A DNA stretch of 64,000 nt, from assembly GCF_902652985.1 (NCBI RefSeq), contig NC_047028.1, forward strand, positions 28,582,001 to 28,646,000. The letters are read 5' to 3'. Shown one piece after another: positions 25,441-38,406 of the stretch (positions are counted from its first letter, which is position 1; every line of letters begins with the position of its first letter). Both the position numbers and the translations under genes were made by a program. A model generated the notes under the pieces. That model was not told the DNA's origin and searched no databases. It was given only the letters and a program-made list of their open reading frames with translations. Source of the stretch: Pecten maximus (taxonomy: Eukaryota).

Positions 25441-25737
25441 ACCCTATTAACATACAATATACTGAGAAATTCTAGCGAGTTCCTGGAAAGGTATATATTT
25501 GGATCCGTTCCAGTCCCTTAGCACTACACGTCCTGACACGTAAACTAACCATATTAACATAGAATTTACTGAGAAATGAATTCTAGCGAGTTCCTGGAAA
25601 AGCATATGTTTCGATCCGTTCTGGTTTCTTACCACTACACGTCCCGACACGTAAACGTCGGGTGTTCGTCCTCATTTCTAGGATATACATAGTGGCTTGT
25701 GCGTATTATTGTGGACACAGAGGCCAAAGCTTTAAAG
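25441..25737 (+). promoter_or_regulatory. Probable laccase upstream regulatory block and non-coding leader exon (donor at 25737)
   Basis: Internal ~110-bp tandem duplication, each unit with TTCCTGGAA (25480, 25591) and CACGTA; TTTAAAG|gtgagt donor; the laccase ATG sits directly after an acceptor and so needs an upstream exon; the block is duplicated at 37820-38164. Confidence 0.55.
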
Positions 25738-26881
25738 GTGAGTTACATAACCAGTTAGGAGCTGCATAAATGGTGTTATTAGTTAAGTAGAATAGATACA
25801 GGTGTGTGTAGTTTACTGAATAGTTTAAATGTAGCTAGGCGATATCGAGGCCCAAGCAGGGCATTAGTCATACCTTGTCCCCCTGCGTCATTTATTTCTG
25901 ATTATCAAACACAGTGATGCATTTACACGAAGTTTTGTTACCTTGTTATCTCACTAATTTTATCTTATAATGATTGTGGAAGCTTTCTAACTGTTCTCTG
26001 TATTATTATAACTGTACATCATTGAAGTTATTTAATTTACAAAGTTTATTCATTACATCCACTCATAGACACATTCAAAGTACAGATTAACTTAAGTAAT
26101 ATGGCATACATAATTTAGATTTTTTAATACTCGTTCGTACGAGTTTTCTTGTTCGTGCAACTGAATTAAATAGATCCTCTGGCGTTGTGTACAGGAAAGC
26201 GATGCTTACAGCGAGTCTATATATAGCACTTAAAAAATACAGTAGTGTTATAGAGTATAAATCGACGGAGCTTGACATTTAAAACGACTGCTTTGGAAAC
26301 GTGTGGCATTATATGTATGTTGTTGATCATTTTAAACAATTATACCTCGCGTTACTGTTAAAAAGTTTGAATGAGATCGCTGATGTGGAATTAATGCAAG
26401 AGGACGCGGTTATGAAACTGATATTCAATAACAATTATACCAATAAAGAATATATGTAATAAAACACCAAACAGCAATGCCCCTGTTTGCATGCGGATAT
26501 TTCAAAGCTATTTTTCCAAAACAAATAGCTTCCAGATCACGTTTCAAGCATTGGTAGTAGTAAGTGGACAGGTAGAACAGTGGTAACATATTTGCATTTG
26601 CTTTCATCCACGCGGCGGGCAAGGATTCCCCGATCGGACGTTAAAAGGTATGGAATCACCTTCCCGACCATGCGAGTCCCCGCGTGCTCGGCATCAACTC
26701 TAGCGAGCATCGTGGTCAACAAGCGTGATTAGAACTGATATTACTTGTTTCGCAACTGTGGTGAATTTAATTTTTTTTTTAATTTTTAGTAATCAATAAA
26801 AAAAAAAAACATTGTTACGCAGCTGAAGCTGTTAATAAATATCTTAAGTAATATAAATCGGCAAATTTTTCTGTGTTTCAG

Positions 26882-29800
26882 ATGGGTACAGGAAACATCT
26901 ATTTTAGAACAGTTCTAGTCGCAATGCTTACGGAGTTTGCTGTCAGCCAGAACTACTGGGAAGACACACGAACTGGGAAAATCCCTGCCTGTCTAACTGC
27001 GACGTGTGATCGCGGTCAAGATGTCTGTGAGTGTTATCTCACCATTGAACATCGTTTATCAATGATGTACGAAGAGTCACAATCGTTTGTGATTCCATCA
27101 GGGGGTCGTCTGTACGAGTACAATAAACTGAGCACTCCCATAGAAAACACAGATGAACTGCCGTTTATCTTGACGGCAGACGGCAACAACTCTCGAATTG
27201 TTATAGCTGTAAATCGGCGATTTCCGGGTCCACAAATTACGGCGTACGAGGATCAGACTTTGATCATTCACGTCCGAAACCTGATGCACACAGATAGTAC
27301 TACCATTCACTGGCATGGTCTGCATCAGAAAGGGACCACCTATTCTGACGGCGTCGCGTTCGTTTCGCAATGTCCCATAGGACACGGCCAGGAATTCACA
27401 TATAAGTTCCAAGCTAAGCCGCATGGTACCAGCTTCTATCACGCTCACATCGGTGATCAGAGGACTATGGGACTGTATGGACCCCTCATCATCTACCCTA
27501 AACAGGAACTCCCTTCGACAACAAGGGCAGAACACGTGGCGGCGCTTCAGGACTGGAACCACGACGATGATGCTGCCACTTTATACCAACGTATGCTGTA
27601 TGGCGTTTTCTATCAATCGAGTCGATCTCGGTATGAACCAACTTCATCTAAAGACGGAGGAATGTACAGCAGGTTTTTGTTTCACTCTGGTCTGGTGAAT
27701 GGGAAAGGCCGCTACTACATAAATAGTGACACACACAACCAGGCTCCCTTGACCCAGTTCGACGTATCTAGGAACAAGTGGTACACTTTCAGGGTTATCA
27801 GCGCAGCGACTCTTTATCCTTTTCTTGTTTATGTTACTGGCCATCCTAAACTCACGCTTACCGCATCAGACGGTTTTGCAATTCAGGAGATGGTTGTGGA
27901 CGCTTTCATTATCCAACCTGGAGAAAGATATGATTTCAAGATATTTACAAATCAGTCCGATGGGAATTACATGCTTGTAGCTAGGACACTGGAAAAAGAT
28001 CAATTCCATGTAGCGGAGGCTATAATCCACTATAGAAATGCAGCGGTCAACTTTAATCCAGATAAACCTGCATCACTTAGTTGTTCCACGGGAATAAAAT
28101 GTAAGATATTCAACTGTCCCTACCTTAGTCCTGTCAATGGTGACGAAGACTGTTTAACGTATAATGATGCACGGACAAATGATTTCAATTCGAAACCAGA
28201 GGAGGTTGCTACCATAGATTACGAATGCTTCTTTAACTTTGCTTTCCCTGGAGAGGTCGGCTATACTCCTGCAGCCGTAAACGGTCGTCAATTTGTACCG
28301 CCCATTGCACCACTGTATTCACAGCCGGATGACCTAACTACCGCGTGTCCAGCTAACTGTGCCGACAATAACCTCTGTTCTTGCACATACACACAGGAAA
28401 TTGAGAATGGAAAGGTATACCAGTTCACATTAACCAACCTGGGGAACGGAAAAGGATGGTCACACCCGGTACATTTACATGGACATTCATTCTATGTTAT
28501 GAAGATGGGTTTTGGCAAGTTTGATTCAAATGGAGTTCTGTTCGATTCGACGTCCGACATCTCCTGTGAGATTGGATCGAAAGGCTATTGCAACAAACCT
28601 GTCTGGGCTAACACCACCTGGAAAGGAGGTAACATCCCTGGAATCGTCCTCAACAATACCGCACAGAAAGACACAATAATCGTCCCTACTGATGGCTACG
28701 TCGTCATCAGGTTCAAGGCAGACAACCCAGGGGCCTGGTTCTTCCATTGTCACATCGACCTCCATAACACAAACGGAATGGGGATGGTGATCATCGAGTC
28801 GCCGAAAATGTATCCCGCCATACCAAAGAAGTTCCCGGTCTGTGGAGCCTTTCAGACAAATAACAAAGCACTGCCGGTGTCAAAAGCTGGTAGGTACTTA
28901 CTTTCAGTTTCATTTTGAGACATTATGTTTTCTTCTCAAGCTAGTATCGTGTTACATGAGGTACCATTGTTAATGTCGAGTCTGATGTTAGTGTCATTGA
29001 TAATTTTGAGTCTGATGATAGAACCATTGATAATATTGAGTCTGATGTTAGTATCATTGATAATTTCGAGTCTGATGTTAGTATCATTGGTAATTTCGAG
29101 TCTGATGATAGAACCATTGATAATATTGAGTCTGATGTTAGTATCATTGATAATTTCGAGTCTGATGTTAGTATCATTGATAATTTCGAGTCTGATGTTA
29201 GTATCATTGATAATTTCGAGTCTGATGTTTGTACCCTTGATGATTTCGAGTCTGATGTTAGAGCCATTGATAATTTCGAGTCTGATGTTTGTACCCTTGA
29301 TAATTTCGAGTCTGATGTTAGTGTCATTGATAATTTCGAGTCTGATGTTTGTATCATTGATGATTTCGACTCTGATGTTTGTACCCTTGATGATTTCGAG
29401 TCTGATGTTAGAGCCATTGATAATGTCGAGTCTGATGTTTGTACCCTTGATAATTTCGAGTCTGATGTTAGTGTCATTGATAATTTCGAGTCTGATGTTT
29501 GTATCATTGATGATTTCGAGTCTGATGTTCGTACCCTTGATAATTTCGAGTCTGATGTTAGTATCATTGATGATTTCGAGACTGATGTTTGTACCCTTGA
29601 TGATTTCGAGTCTGATGTTAGTATCATTGATGATTTCGAGTCTGATGTTTGTACCCTTGATAATTTCGAGTCTGATGTTAGAACCATTGATAATTTCGAG
29701 TCTGATGTTAGTATCATTGATAATTTCGAGTCTGATGTTTGTACCATTGATGATTTCGAGTCAGATGTTTGTACCCTTGATGATTTCGAGTCTGATGTTT

Positions 29801-30927
29801 GTACCCTTGATGATTTCGAGTCTGATGTTAGAACCATTGATGATTTCGAGTCTGATGTTAGAACCATTGATAATTTCGAGTCTGATGTTAGTATCATTGA
29901 TAATTTCGAGTCTGATGTTTGTACCATTGATGATTTCGAGTCTGATGTTTGTACCTTTGATGATTTCGAGTCTGATGTTTGTACCCTTGATGATTTCGAG
30001 TCTGATGCTAGAACCATTGATGATTTCGAGTCTGATGTTTGTACCATTGATGATTTCGAGTCTGATGTTTGTACCCTTGATGATTTCGAGTCTGATGTTT
30101 GTACCCTTGATGATTTCGAGTCTGATGTTTGTACCCTTGATGATTTCGAGTCTGATGCTAGAACCATTGATGATTTCGAGTCTGATGTTCGTACCCTTGA
30201 TGATTTCGAGTCTGATGTTTGTACCCTTGATGATTTCGAGTCTCATATTGGTATCTTTGATTATCTGGCGTCTCACGTTAGTACCATTGACAAAATCGAG
30301 TCTCATGCTAAAACCTTTAACAATTTTGAGTGTCGTCTGAGTACCATTGACTTTTTTATCACATTTTAGTTGGTGATTAAATAGTTACTTTTAATTATTT
30401 CACTATTTCACTGTAATTATACCTTTATCTTTTATATAAAGGATCTTAACTTCATGGCTATATCATTGACAAGTTCCATAGTTTGACATAACACGAGCTT
30501 TTAATTTGACATGCCACGAGCCTTTATTACAATTAATGAACACCTTTAATATATGACATAGCCGGGTATGTGAGGATCTGTTTATCAGCTGCATGAAACT
30601 CATAATATATTTTTGAGAATGTAAGTGAGCCTCTGGAGTTAGTTTCTAAACAAGACAAGTAGAGTTTGACTCGGACGGTATGCTATTCTCTACAAAGACA
30701 ATCATGTGATTTCAAAGAGATATTGTGATGTCATAAAAAACTTATGACGTCATACTAGTATTATAAGAGCCGTGAAATTGATGTATTTTCCGCATAACGT
30801 GGAAGCACGAGCTAGCTATATGATAAAAGTTTATTCTTGTTTATTTTCAGGTACCATGCGAGCATTGGACTGGATGCTTGGCTGGATAACTGTCACTCAC
30901 GTCATAAGTAAATTGGTGATAATGTAG
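26882..30927 (+). CDS. Laccase-like multicopper oxidase, about 694 aa; exons 26882-28889 and 30851-30927; signal peptide and hydrophobic (GPI-like) C-terminal tail
   Basis: All four Cu-binding motifs are present: HWHG, FYHAH, HPVHLHGH, HCHIDLHNTNGM (Met axial ligand); also DNPGAWFF and QPGERYDF. tttcag|ATG start; GCTG|gtaggt joined to tttcag|GTACC in phase 1 gives the tail GTMRALDWMLGWITVTHVISKLVIM, which is conserved in the paralog exon at 55707-55783. Confidence 0.93.
28960..30350 (+). repeat. 30-bp minisatellite (about 46 units, TCTGATGTTTGTACCCTTGATGATTTCGAG) in the laccase intron
   Basis: Exact 30-bp register, with degenerate units at both edges. Confidence 0.95.
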
Positions 30928-31798
30928 GGAACAAATCGGCTGCTAGTCGGTAACAAAAATGTGTTATACGACATAGCTCGTCAGAAAATTACCAAGGAGA
31001 CGTGGTACCAATCTTTGAAGACGGACTTAAAAATATCTTATATTGTTAAATGAACGTGTGCCTAACGATGCTGTCATTACAACCCTTCAAATATGAAAAC
31101 AGAGACAAGCTTTACTTTCCTGAATCAGCGTCGGCCATGTCGGTGGGGGGTAACTATACAGTTACCTACCATCGGTTCTGTACAGTGATTAGTAAAATCA
31201 CTACATCACCGACAAGAAGTGATATGCTTCGAGAGATTTAGGTTGATAAAGGCCAGTGACAAAGCTTCATGGTCGAATTATAAAAAAAAATAATTTAACT
31301 CCCTTGTGTGATATGAATCAGACGTGTTCTATGTTTGTCGATATGCCAAGTGGTTCAGTTGTCATCATCCAAACTCTCATTTTGAGAATGTGACATTACT
31401 CCGATTTGACCCAGATTTGTATGGCGTGTGTGTTGCCAATGAAGCAAAATTGAGACGCTTACTTTTCCAGAACACCTGGTCTTGTACATTATCAAGGGTC
31501 TCCACGCAAATCTATATATTTTTGTTTGTATTTTCGCCTCGTTTTATCGATTTCGAGATGTCAGTATTCTAACATTCAAAGAAAATGTATCGGATGGAGA
31601 CAAAAACGCTTTCTTCCACATGTCGTCTCCATTAGCCTTGATCTCTTGAATTCCACTGCTGTCAGTTCACGTCAAAAGTGTCAGCTTGAATTATGCAACT
31701 GATAACATATTTCAGCAATACCTATAAATAAACACCTACCACTATGAAGTATTCTATTTCTACACAGAATATTTCCTAAAAACTTATAAAACTGCTTA

Positions 31799-32145
31799 AT
31801 AAATAGAGGATATCTAGCAGTGTCTTGTTAATACCAAATATATTTCACGAATGAGGCTAATATTTTGATATTTTTCAAGAGTGCGTAACACGATGAAAAA
31901 TATAAAACAAATGTGAGCTGCATGAGTGAAATATATTTGGTATTGCTGAAGATACTGTTAGACATTCTGTTTATTATATCTTTTAGCAAAACATACTTGG
32001 ACAGCTTTAAAATTCTCCTATTGTCGTTTGTAAGCCGCGATTTGATTGGTCAAATCAGGAAAAGTGATTTTTTTTTTCATTAGTGAAAAATATTACTTTT
32101 GTAGAATGAATAATGTTCGATATTTAACTGATAAAAAAACAATGA
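31799..32145. mobile_element. Diverged copy of the hairpin DNA element at 9153
   Basis: aaatagaggatatctagcagtgtctt...ataccaaatatatttcacga...tgattggtcaaatcag shared with 9153-9570. Confidence 0.7.
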
Positions 32146-34960
32146 AAATCTATATCATCACTGTATAACGTCTTTAATCTTAAAATTGTTCTTGGCTAAT
32201 ATGGGGGTTTCTTTTTCAGCTTTGTTTTTTTTCGGTTCAAATCCAACTGATATAAGGTATAATAAGTGGGTATTGTATGTTCTGCAGTATACTTCACGTC
32301 TTCAATACAATGTTAATTTAAAGACATTTGACAACAGTTATTGTATGCGAACAAAACTCGGCGCATTGAAATTCTGTATTGGGCTTTCCACAAGAGCGTT
32401 TTTGGTGACGTATAATTCTGGTTAAGTAAGTTGTGAGTTATATGTAAATTTACGTATTTGATATATATTATGTTTAGTAAAAAAAAGTGTCTCGTTTATC
32501 ATACGGACGTAAAAACAATAGTTGCTCGATAAAAGAATTGTTTTCGTGGTGGGTACCTATATGGAATGATAGGTAAGGACGACAGTTTGATGTTTATCTT
32601 GTTTTGTTTTTGTATATTATGTATACTAAATCCAAGAGTAGCATGCTTTTTTAATTTTATATCAATGTGTATCGTGTTTGTGTAAGATTTATATCAATGT
32701 GTATCATATATCTTATTACATTTATATCAATGTGGATCATGCTTTTATAACATTTACATCAAATTGTATAATGTTTGTATTACATTTATATCAAAGCGTA
32801 TCGTGAAACGGGAACTGTTTTTCATGTGTATTAATATGTAACTGATGTAATGTGTGGAAGATCAGCACGTGAAACGGTGTTTTCAGACTTTACTGATAGT
32901 GTTTTCATTCGGAATATGTTTATATAAAGAATCAACACTAAGGAATGAGTATCATATTTGTATTACATTTACATCGATGTACATCACATGTGGAAATTAA
33001 CAAATTCCTTCCAGATTATTTTTGTGATATACTCCCAATGCTGTATCGTGCAGCGTAATACTATCTTCAAAATGTAGGTTTTATACTACATGTTTATTTA
33101 GACCATAGGTTTCTTTTTTCATATGTACAGCACTATAGTAGCTTCTTATTTGATTAATAAGCCTCAATTGGACAATGTTGTGTTTTCATTTAGTATCTCT
33201 GTAGGCTGAAGACAAGATACAGTAGGAGTATTGTGTGAAAGTGGTAATATAGAGGGATATCTGCATCACAGACATGGTGTCAGGGCCAGAGGAAACTCGG
33301 GCTAATAGATTGGTATCGGTATTTAGTTAAATAGCCAAGACCTAACGACATTTTTACGTTCCCGATCTAATCTAACACCAAACCGACTATATTATTAGCA
33401 ATATAATTTACTTTTAACCTATTTATACTGTTCGAAACTGTTTTTGCTTGGATTACGTAATCACCTTATGACGTCACGTTGAACTGTATAAACGCTATAA
33501 AGTTGTTGTTTTTCTTCTTCTCGTTTTCTGCATATTATCATTTATATTAACACATTCCTAAAGACAATTTTGTAAAACGCCATACTAGAAAAACTTGATA
33601 ATCAAAACGATTTATTAAATGCAAGTATAGCTCTTTAATGGGTGTCGTAACTTTTATTGTCAAAAGGAATACTCTCTAGTTGTTAGATTGTTGTCATCAG
33701 CCACTGACATTGCATTCATACTCATAATACAGACCACCGAATGTGAGCAATACATATATAAATCGTTGGGCCTGTTGAATTTCAGAGCCGATCATGGTAA
33801 ATATAATGGAATCACTCATCCACAGAAATAAAATCAAAAAAAGACATTTTTTTATGAAATTATGATAAACATATTTCACTTTATTTTCAATTAAACCACG
33901 TGAAAATGGACTTCACGTTTTCCTTTATGTGGTTTATATTTATCGATATATTTATCTTTATTTGGTAAGACCTCGTGTGGTGGAATCATATGCATTTCAC
34001 CGTACATTTAAGACTGACTATTTTGGTATAAAAGAGTATCCTGTGCTTTATTTCTGTGGTTTTTCTCCTTTGGTGATGTTCACACAAAGCCGCAAATCAA
34101 ATGATTCACATTACAGTGTTATATTTCAAATTTTATTTTTTTACCTTTATCACTTTTAAGATTGAGTGTTTCCTGGAAAGAGACATGATTCATACTTTTA
34201 TCTGTTCATGTATTCGAAAAATAAAGCCTTAATCAATTCAAACACGTTCTGTTTTCCATTTGTTAAAGTACGAAAAGGCTTTCTTACATCATACCGTTAA
34301 TTTCATTCACTCGTCACAACCTTAGCAACCCCTAACCACTCTTTTGCATGCATGAATTACATTTGAAAATTTAAAATTATTTTGAGCAATTTGCTACGGA
34401 TACCCAAGTTGACAGAGGACGTGTTCTTGCAATGCTCCTGGGCGGCAGCACTCAGCATCATATATCATCACTGACTTCGGAGTTCACATATCGACTATAG
34501 ACCTGTTAGTTATACCTCTCAATATCACGAGAACAGTTGATTACAAACCGAAATCCGGACATGTAACGTCTCGACGTCAAGATCAGTTTATTACGCTTGT
34601 CAATCTGTGTGACGGGGAAATAAACGGCACGTAATACCTTTGGTAATGTAAACCGTTGGATTCACCCCAAAACTGTGAGAAAGTCAGTGCCAGTCAACAG
34701 TGCAATGGTTTGCCACCGATACATTCATTTGTTAAAAAATCTCAGATCTGAAGACGGATGGTCCAATATTCGATCTTGACTACTGTTTTTCACATTTAGG
34801 TTATTTTGCTCACAAATATCATTTTATTAAAACGTGATGTTAAAGTTGCGTTTCCTTACTCTTTCCGAATGTAATAGCCAAGCAAAGGCATCATTTATCT
34901 TTAGCCAATGTATTTTTCTAGCCTCTTGTTGCTCATTGCTTGCACGTCCTCTCACGGATA

Positions 34961-35488
34961 CGAGGGCTGATTGATAAGTTGTGAGCCTCGTATTGAATGA
35001 GGTACTCTATGATGTTCATTTTAAGTCCTGCTATTCTGACTATAAAGGGCCGTGTACCCAAGGGCTGGTCTCATTTGGATAGTTTATATCGACAAGGCAT
35101 CACTCTAAAGTAAACAAGACAATCGACTTTTGAAAAATGGACAAAATCGGTTAGGGTTAGGGTGAAAGAATCATGACTGCCATTCACAATTGTTGTTTTA
35201 AATTGATTGATCATCTGCATTATTCACCTGATATCGTTCCATCAGACTTTCATCCATTTCGAAAACTGGAAACAGCTATTTCAGGCACCCTAACCCTAAC
35301 ATGCAGTGGATGAGTTTCTGTACAGCCAAGAAAAGGGTTCTATAAAAATGGCATTGAGACCCTAATACATCGCTTGCAAAAGTGTATATATATAGATACG
35401 AAGGGGATTATGTTGAAAAATAATACATTATCTCCAGCAAAATTCAAATCCTTCAATACGAACCTCACAACTTATCAATCAGCCATGG
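34961..35488 (+). mobile_element. Mariner deletion derivative (MITE-like)
   Basis: TIRs CGAGGGCTGATTGATAAGTTGTGAGCCTCGTATTGAA / TTCAATACGAACCTCACAACTTATCAATCAGCC with TA flanks; remnants HYSPDIVPSDFHPF (YSPDLAPSDF motif) and FYKNGIETL...KC...GDYVEK. Confidence 0.85.
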
Positions 35489-35789
35489 TACTTGCTGACA
35501 TCAAAGCAAAGTAGCTTTCTCAGTACTGTGGGTGGATCTCGCCATAATCATTGTGTTGTCTTCTGAACTGTGCGTTGGTAATGGGTTATGAATGCATCTG
35601 TATTATGTGAAATGGATTCTAAGTATTCTTTCTCAGATTTAATCACACCGACTTTTTTTTCGTTCAGTGTTGTTTAAACCTTAGCTCTGTAAAGTTCCTA
35701 GGTATAGTTTCCCTATGATTATGATCCGTCTGATTAGACTGCATTGATGTCGATATAAGCAACAGATATCATCTAAAGTGTGAAACGCT

Positions 35790-36626
35790 GATATGGTAAG
35801 TACAGGTAGCTATATGATAAGTACAGGTAGCGATATGGTATGTACTGGTAGCAATATGATAAGTACAGGTAGCAATATGGTATGTACCGGTAGCAATATG
35901 ATAAGTACAGGTAGCAATATGGTAAGTACAGGTAGCCATATGGTAAGTACATGTAGCTATATGGTAAGTACAGGTAGCAATATGGTAAGCACAGCAAGCC
36001 ATATGGTAAGTACATGTAGCTATATGGTAAGTACAGGTAGCAATATGGTAAGTACAGGTAGCCATATGGTAAGTACAGGTAGCCATATGGTAAACACAGG
36101 TAGCCATATGGTATGTACAGGTAGCCATATGGTATGTGCAAGTAGCCATATGGTATGTACAAGTAGCCATATGGTAAGAACAGGTAGCCATATGGTATGT
36201 ACCGGTAGCAATATGGTAAGTACAGGTAGCAATATGGTAAGTACAGGTAGCCATATGGTAAGTACAGGTAGCCATATGGTAAGTACAGGTAGCCATATGG
36301 TAAGAACAGGTAGCCATATGGTATGTACAGGTAGCCATATGGTAAGAACAGGTAGCCATATGGTATGAACAGGTAGCCATATGGTATGTACAGGTAGCCA
36401 TATGGTATGTACAGGTAGCCATATGGTATGTACAGGTAGCCATATGGTAAGAACAGGTAGCCATATGGTATGAACAGGTAGCCATATGGTATGTACCGGT
36501 AGCAATATGGTAAGTACAGGTAGCCATATGGTAAGAACAGGTAGCCATATGGTATGTACAGGTAGCCATATGGTATGTACAGGTAGCCATATGGTATGAA
36601 CAGGTAGCCATATGGTAAGTACAGGT
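35790..36626 (-). repeat. 21-bp minisatellite (about 40 units), inverted counterpart of 18346-19335
   Basis: Unit reads TACAGGTAGCCATATGGTAAG on +. Confidence 0.95.
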
Positions 36627-36779
36627 CATCCTCCTCAAATTGTCATCATTTTCATAATGTCATCATCCACACATTGTCATTATCATGTCATTGTGGCTGG
36701 ACCTGTCTGGAAACTCCAGCGATGCCCCATCTATATTACACATGGTCAACATTTACTCGCGGCTTATTGTTTTTCTAAG

Positions 36780-37270
36780 TGTTATGTACATTGTTATTCA
36801 CACATTTAAGTCACCGGAGCGGAAGGCTCCTGTACAGGTGTGCACCGCTCCGGCAGGGCTCCGGTAGCGCTCCGGTAGCGCTCCGTTAGGTTTTGGTATA
36901 AAAGGGGTGAAAGCGAGAGCGGAGAGGGAGTTCAGTTCAGAGAGGGAGTTAGTGCAGTTGAGTTCGTGGAGTGCAGGGAGTTAGTTGCAGTTCGAGGGAG
37001 AGATCGAGTTGGAGTGCCTAGGTGTTACTTTGCTGGATGTTGCTACGTGTGCTGATGAAAGCGAGAGCGGTATTGCCATTTATATATGCTCTGTACACTG
37101 CTGATTTTGCTGAATACGTAGACTGAAACTTTACGACGGTGTTGAATTGTGATTCTCGACGACCCACACTATTTAATTCTAAACTCGGGTATTGTGGCGG
37201 GTGTCTGACGCTTCCACGAGGACATCTACCGAGGGCTGCGGGACTTTGATTATAGTTCCCCTGGCTATTT
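36780..37270 (+). mobile_element. Possible truncated LTR fragment
   Basis: Begins TGTTATG, GC-rich repeated CGCTCCGG, TATAAAAGG at about 36897, then purine-rich GAGTT repeats; no partner LTR or CA end found. Confidence 0.4.
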
Positions 37271-37276
37271 TCGCTA

Positions 37277-37440
37277 TATATTCGGGCACGATGAATTACC
37301 CAAATCCACCCAAATCTACCCAAATCTACCCAAATCCACCCACATCTACCTTAATCTACCCAAATCTACCCAAATCCTCCCAAATCTACCCAAATCCACC
37401 CAAATCTACCCAAATCCACCCAAATCTACCTTAATCTACT
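37277..37440 (+). repeat. 10-bp tandem repeat (CCCAAATCYA)n, about 16 units
   Basis: Direct reading. Confidence 0.9.
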
Positions 37441-37819
37441 ATGTAAATCAAACAGAATCATACTTACAGCTGATAATTTGGGAACGTGAACTTGTTAAAT
37501 CAATTTTTAGTGCATCATTGTCGCGTAAAGCACCATGAATCGATATAATGTACACATACAATCTATTTTCAGTAGCGGTTATCTCCCCTTATGCATATAA
37601 TGTCAAGGAACAACAAAGACCTGGTTAATTTAAAGACAATTTATTACGTAGAATATTGATTATATAACAAGCAATTCGTGAAGTCGATGTATAAAAATAG
37701 TACGAAATAATTCTTAGACAAAAGTCTTCTTTAATTTTAAGCAAAGCCTACGTCTGTTAAATGTTAAAAAATGTTAAAATCCAGTTGTTACACGCACACA
37801 ATTCACATGTTTTCTCTAT

Positions 37820-38164
37820 ACCCAGTATTAACATAAAATATACTGAGAAATGAATTCTAGCGAGTTCCTGGAAAGGTATATATTTGGATCCATTCCGGTT
37901 CCTTAGCACTACACGTCCCGACACGCAAACTAACCATATTAACATAAAATTTACTGAGAAATGAATTCTAGCGAGTTCCTGGAAAAGCATATGTTTCGAT
38001 CCGTTCTGGTTCCTTACCACTACACGTCCCGACACGTAAACGTCGGGTGTTCGTCCTCATTTCTAGGATATACATAGTGGCTTGTGCGTATTATTGTGGA
38101 CACAGAGGCCAAGCTTTAAAGGTGAGTTACATAACCTGTTAGGAGCTGCATTAATGGTGTTATT
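37820..38164 (+). repeat. Direct duplicate of the laccase upstream block/leader exon (25441-25780), cut off by a Kolobok insertion
   Basis: Near-identical sequence including both TTCCTGGAA sites and the TTTAAAG|gtgagt donor; similarity stops abruptly at ggtgttatt|agggac. Confidence 0.9.
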
Positions 38165-38406
38165 AGGGACATCACGATAAAGCAGTTTTTATTTTGTATT
38201 TTTTTTTCATATTATTGCATATATATTTAAAAGATATAACCTTATGAACAATGACCATTCGCTGTTGATGATATCTGTACATAAAAACTTATTAATTAAA
38301 AAAGGCTCCCATTCGTTGATCAATAGTCTGAATATGTAAATTTTGCGGCACACACCAACTTCATATAACGCATGCGCGCAACAAACTACAACTCTTGAAA
38401 ACAAAA

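Larger units (their letters stand above)
32189..36626 (-). repeat. Right arm of the inverted segmental duplication (laccase 3' flank)
   Basis: Reverse complement of 18346-22743, with substitutions and indels. Confidence 0.92.

Noticed and set aside
28925-30340. 471-aa hydrophobic ORF and antisense ORFs directly after the laccase exon
   Set aside because: Translation of a 30-bp minisatellite whose length is a multiple of 3; it lies inside the intron defined by the conserved tail exon
37277-37440. Telomere-like repeat
   Set aside because: The unit is a 10-mer (TRGATTTGGG), not TTAGGG; short and interstitial
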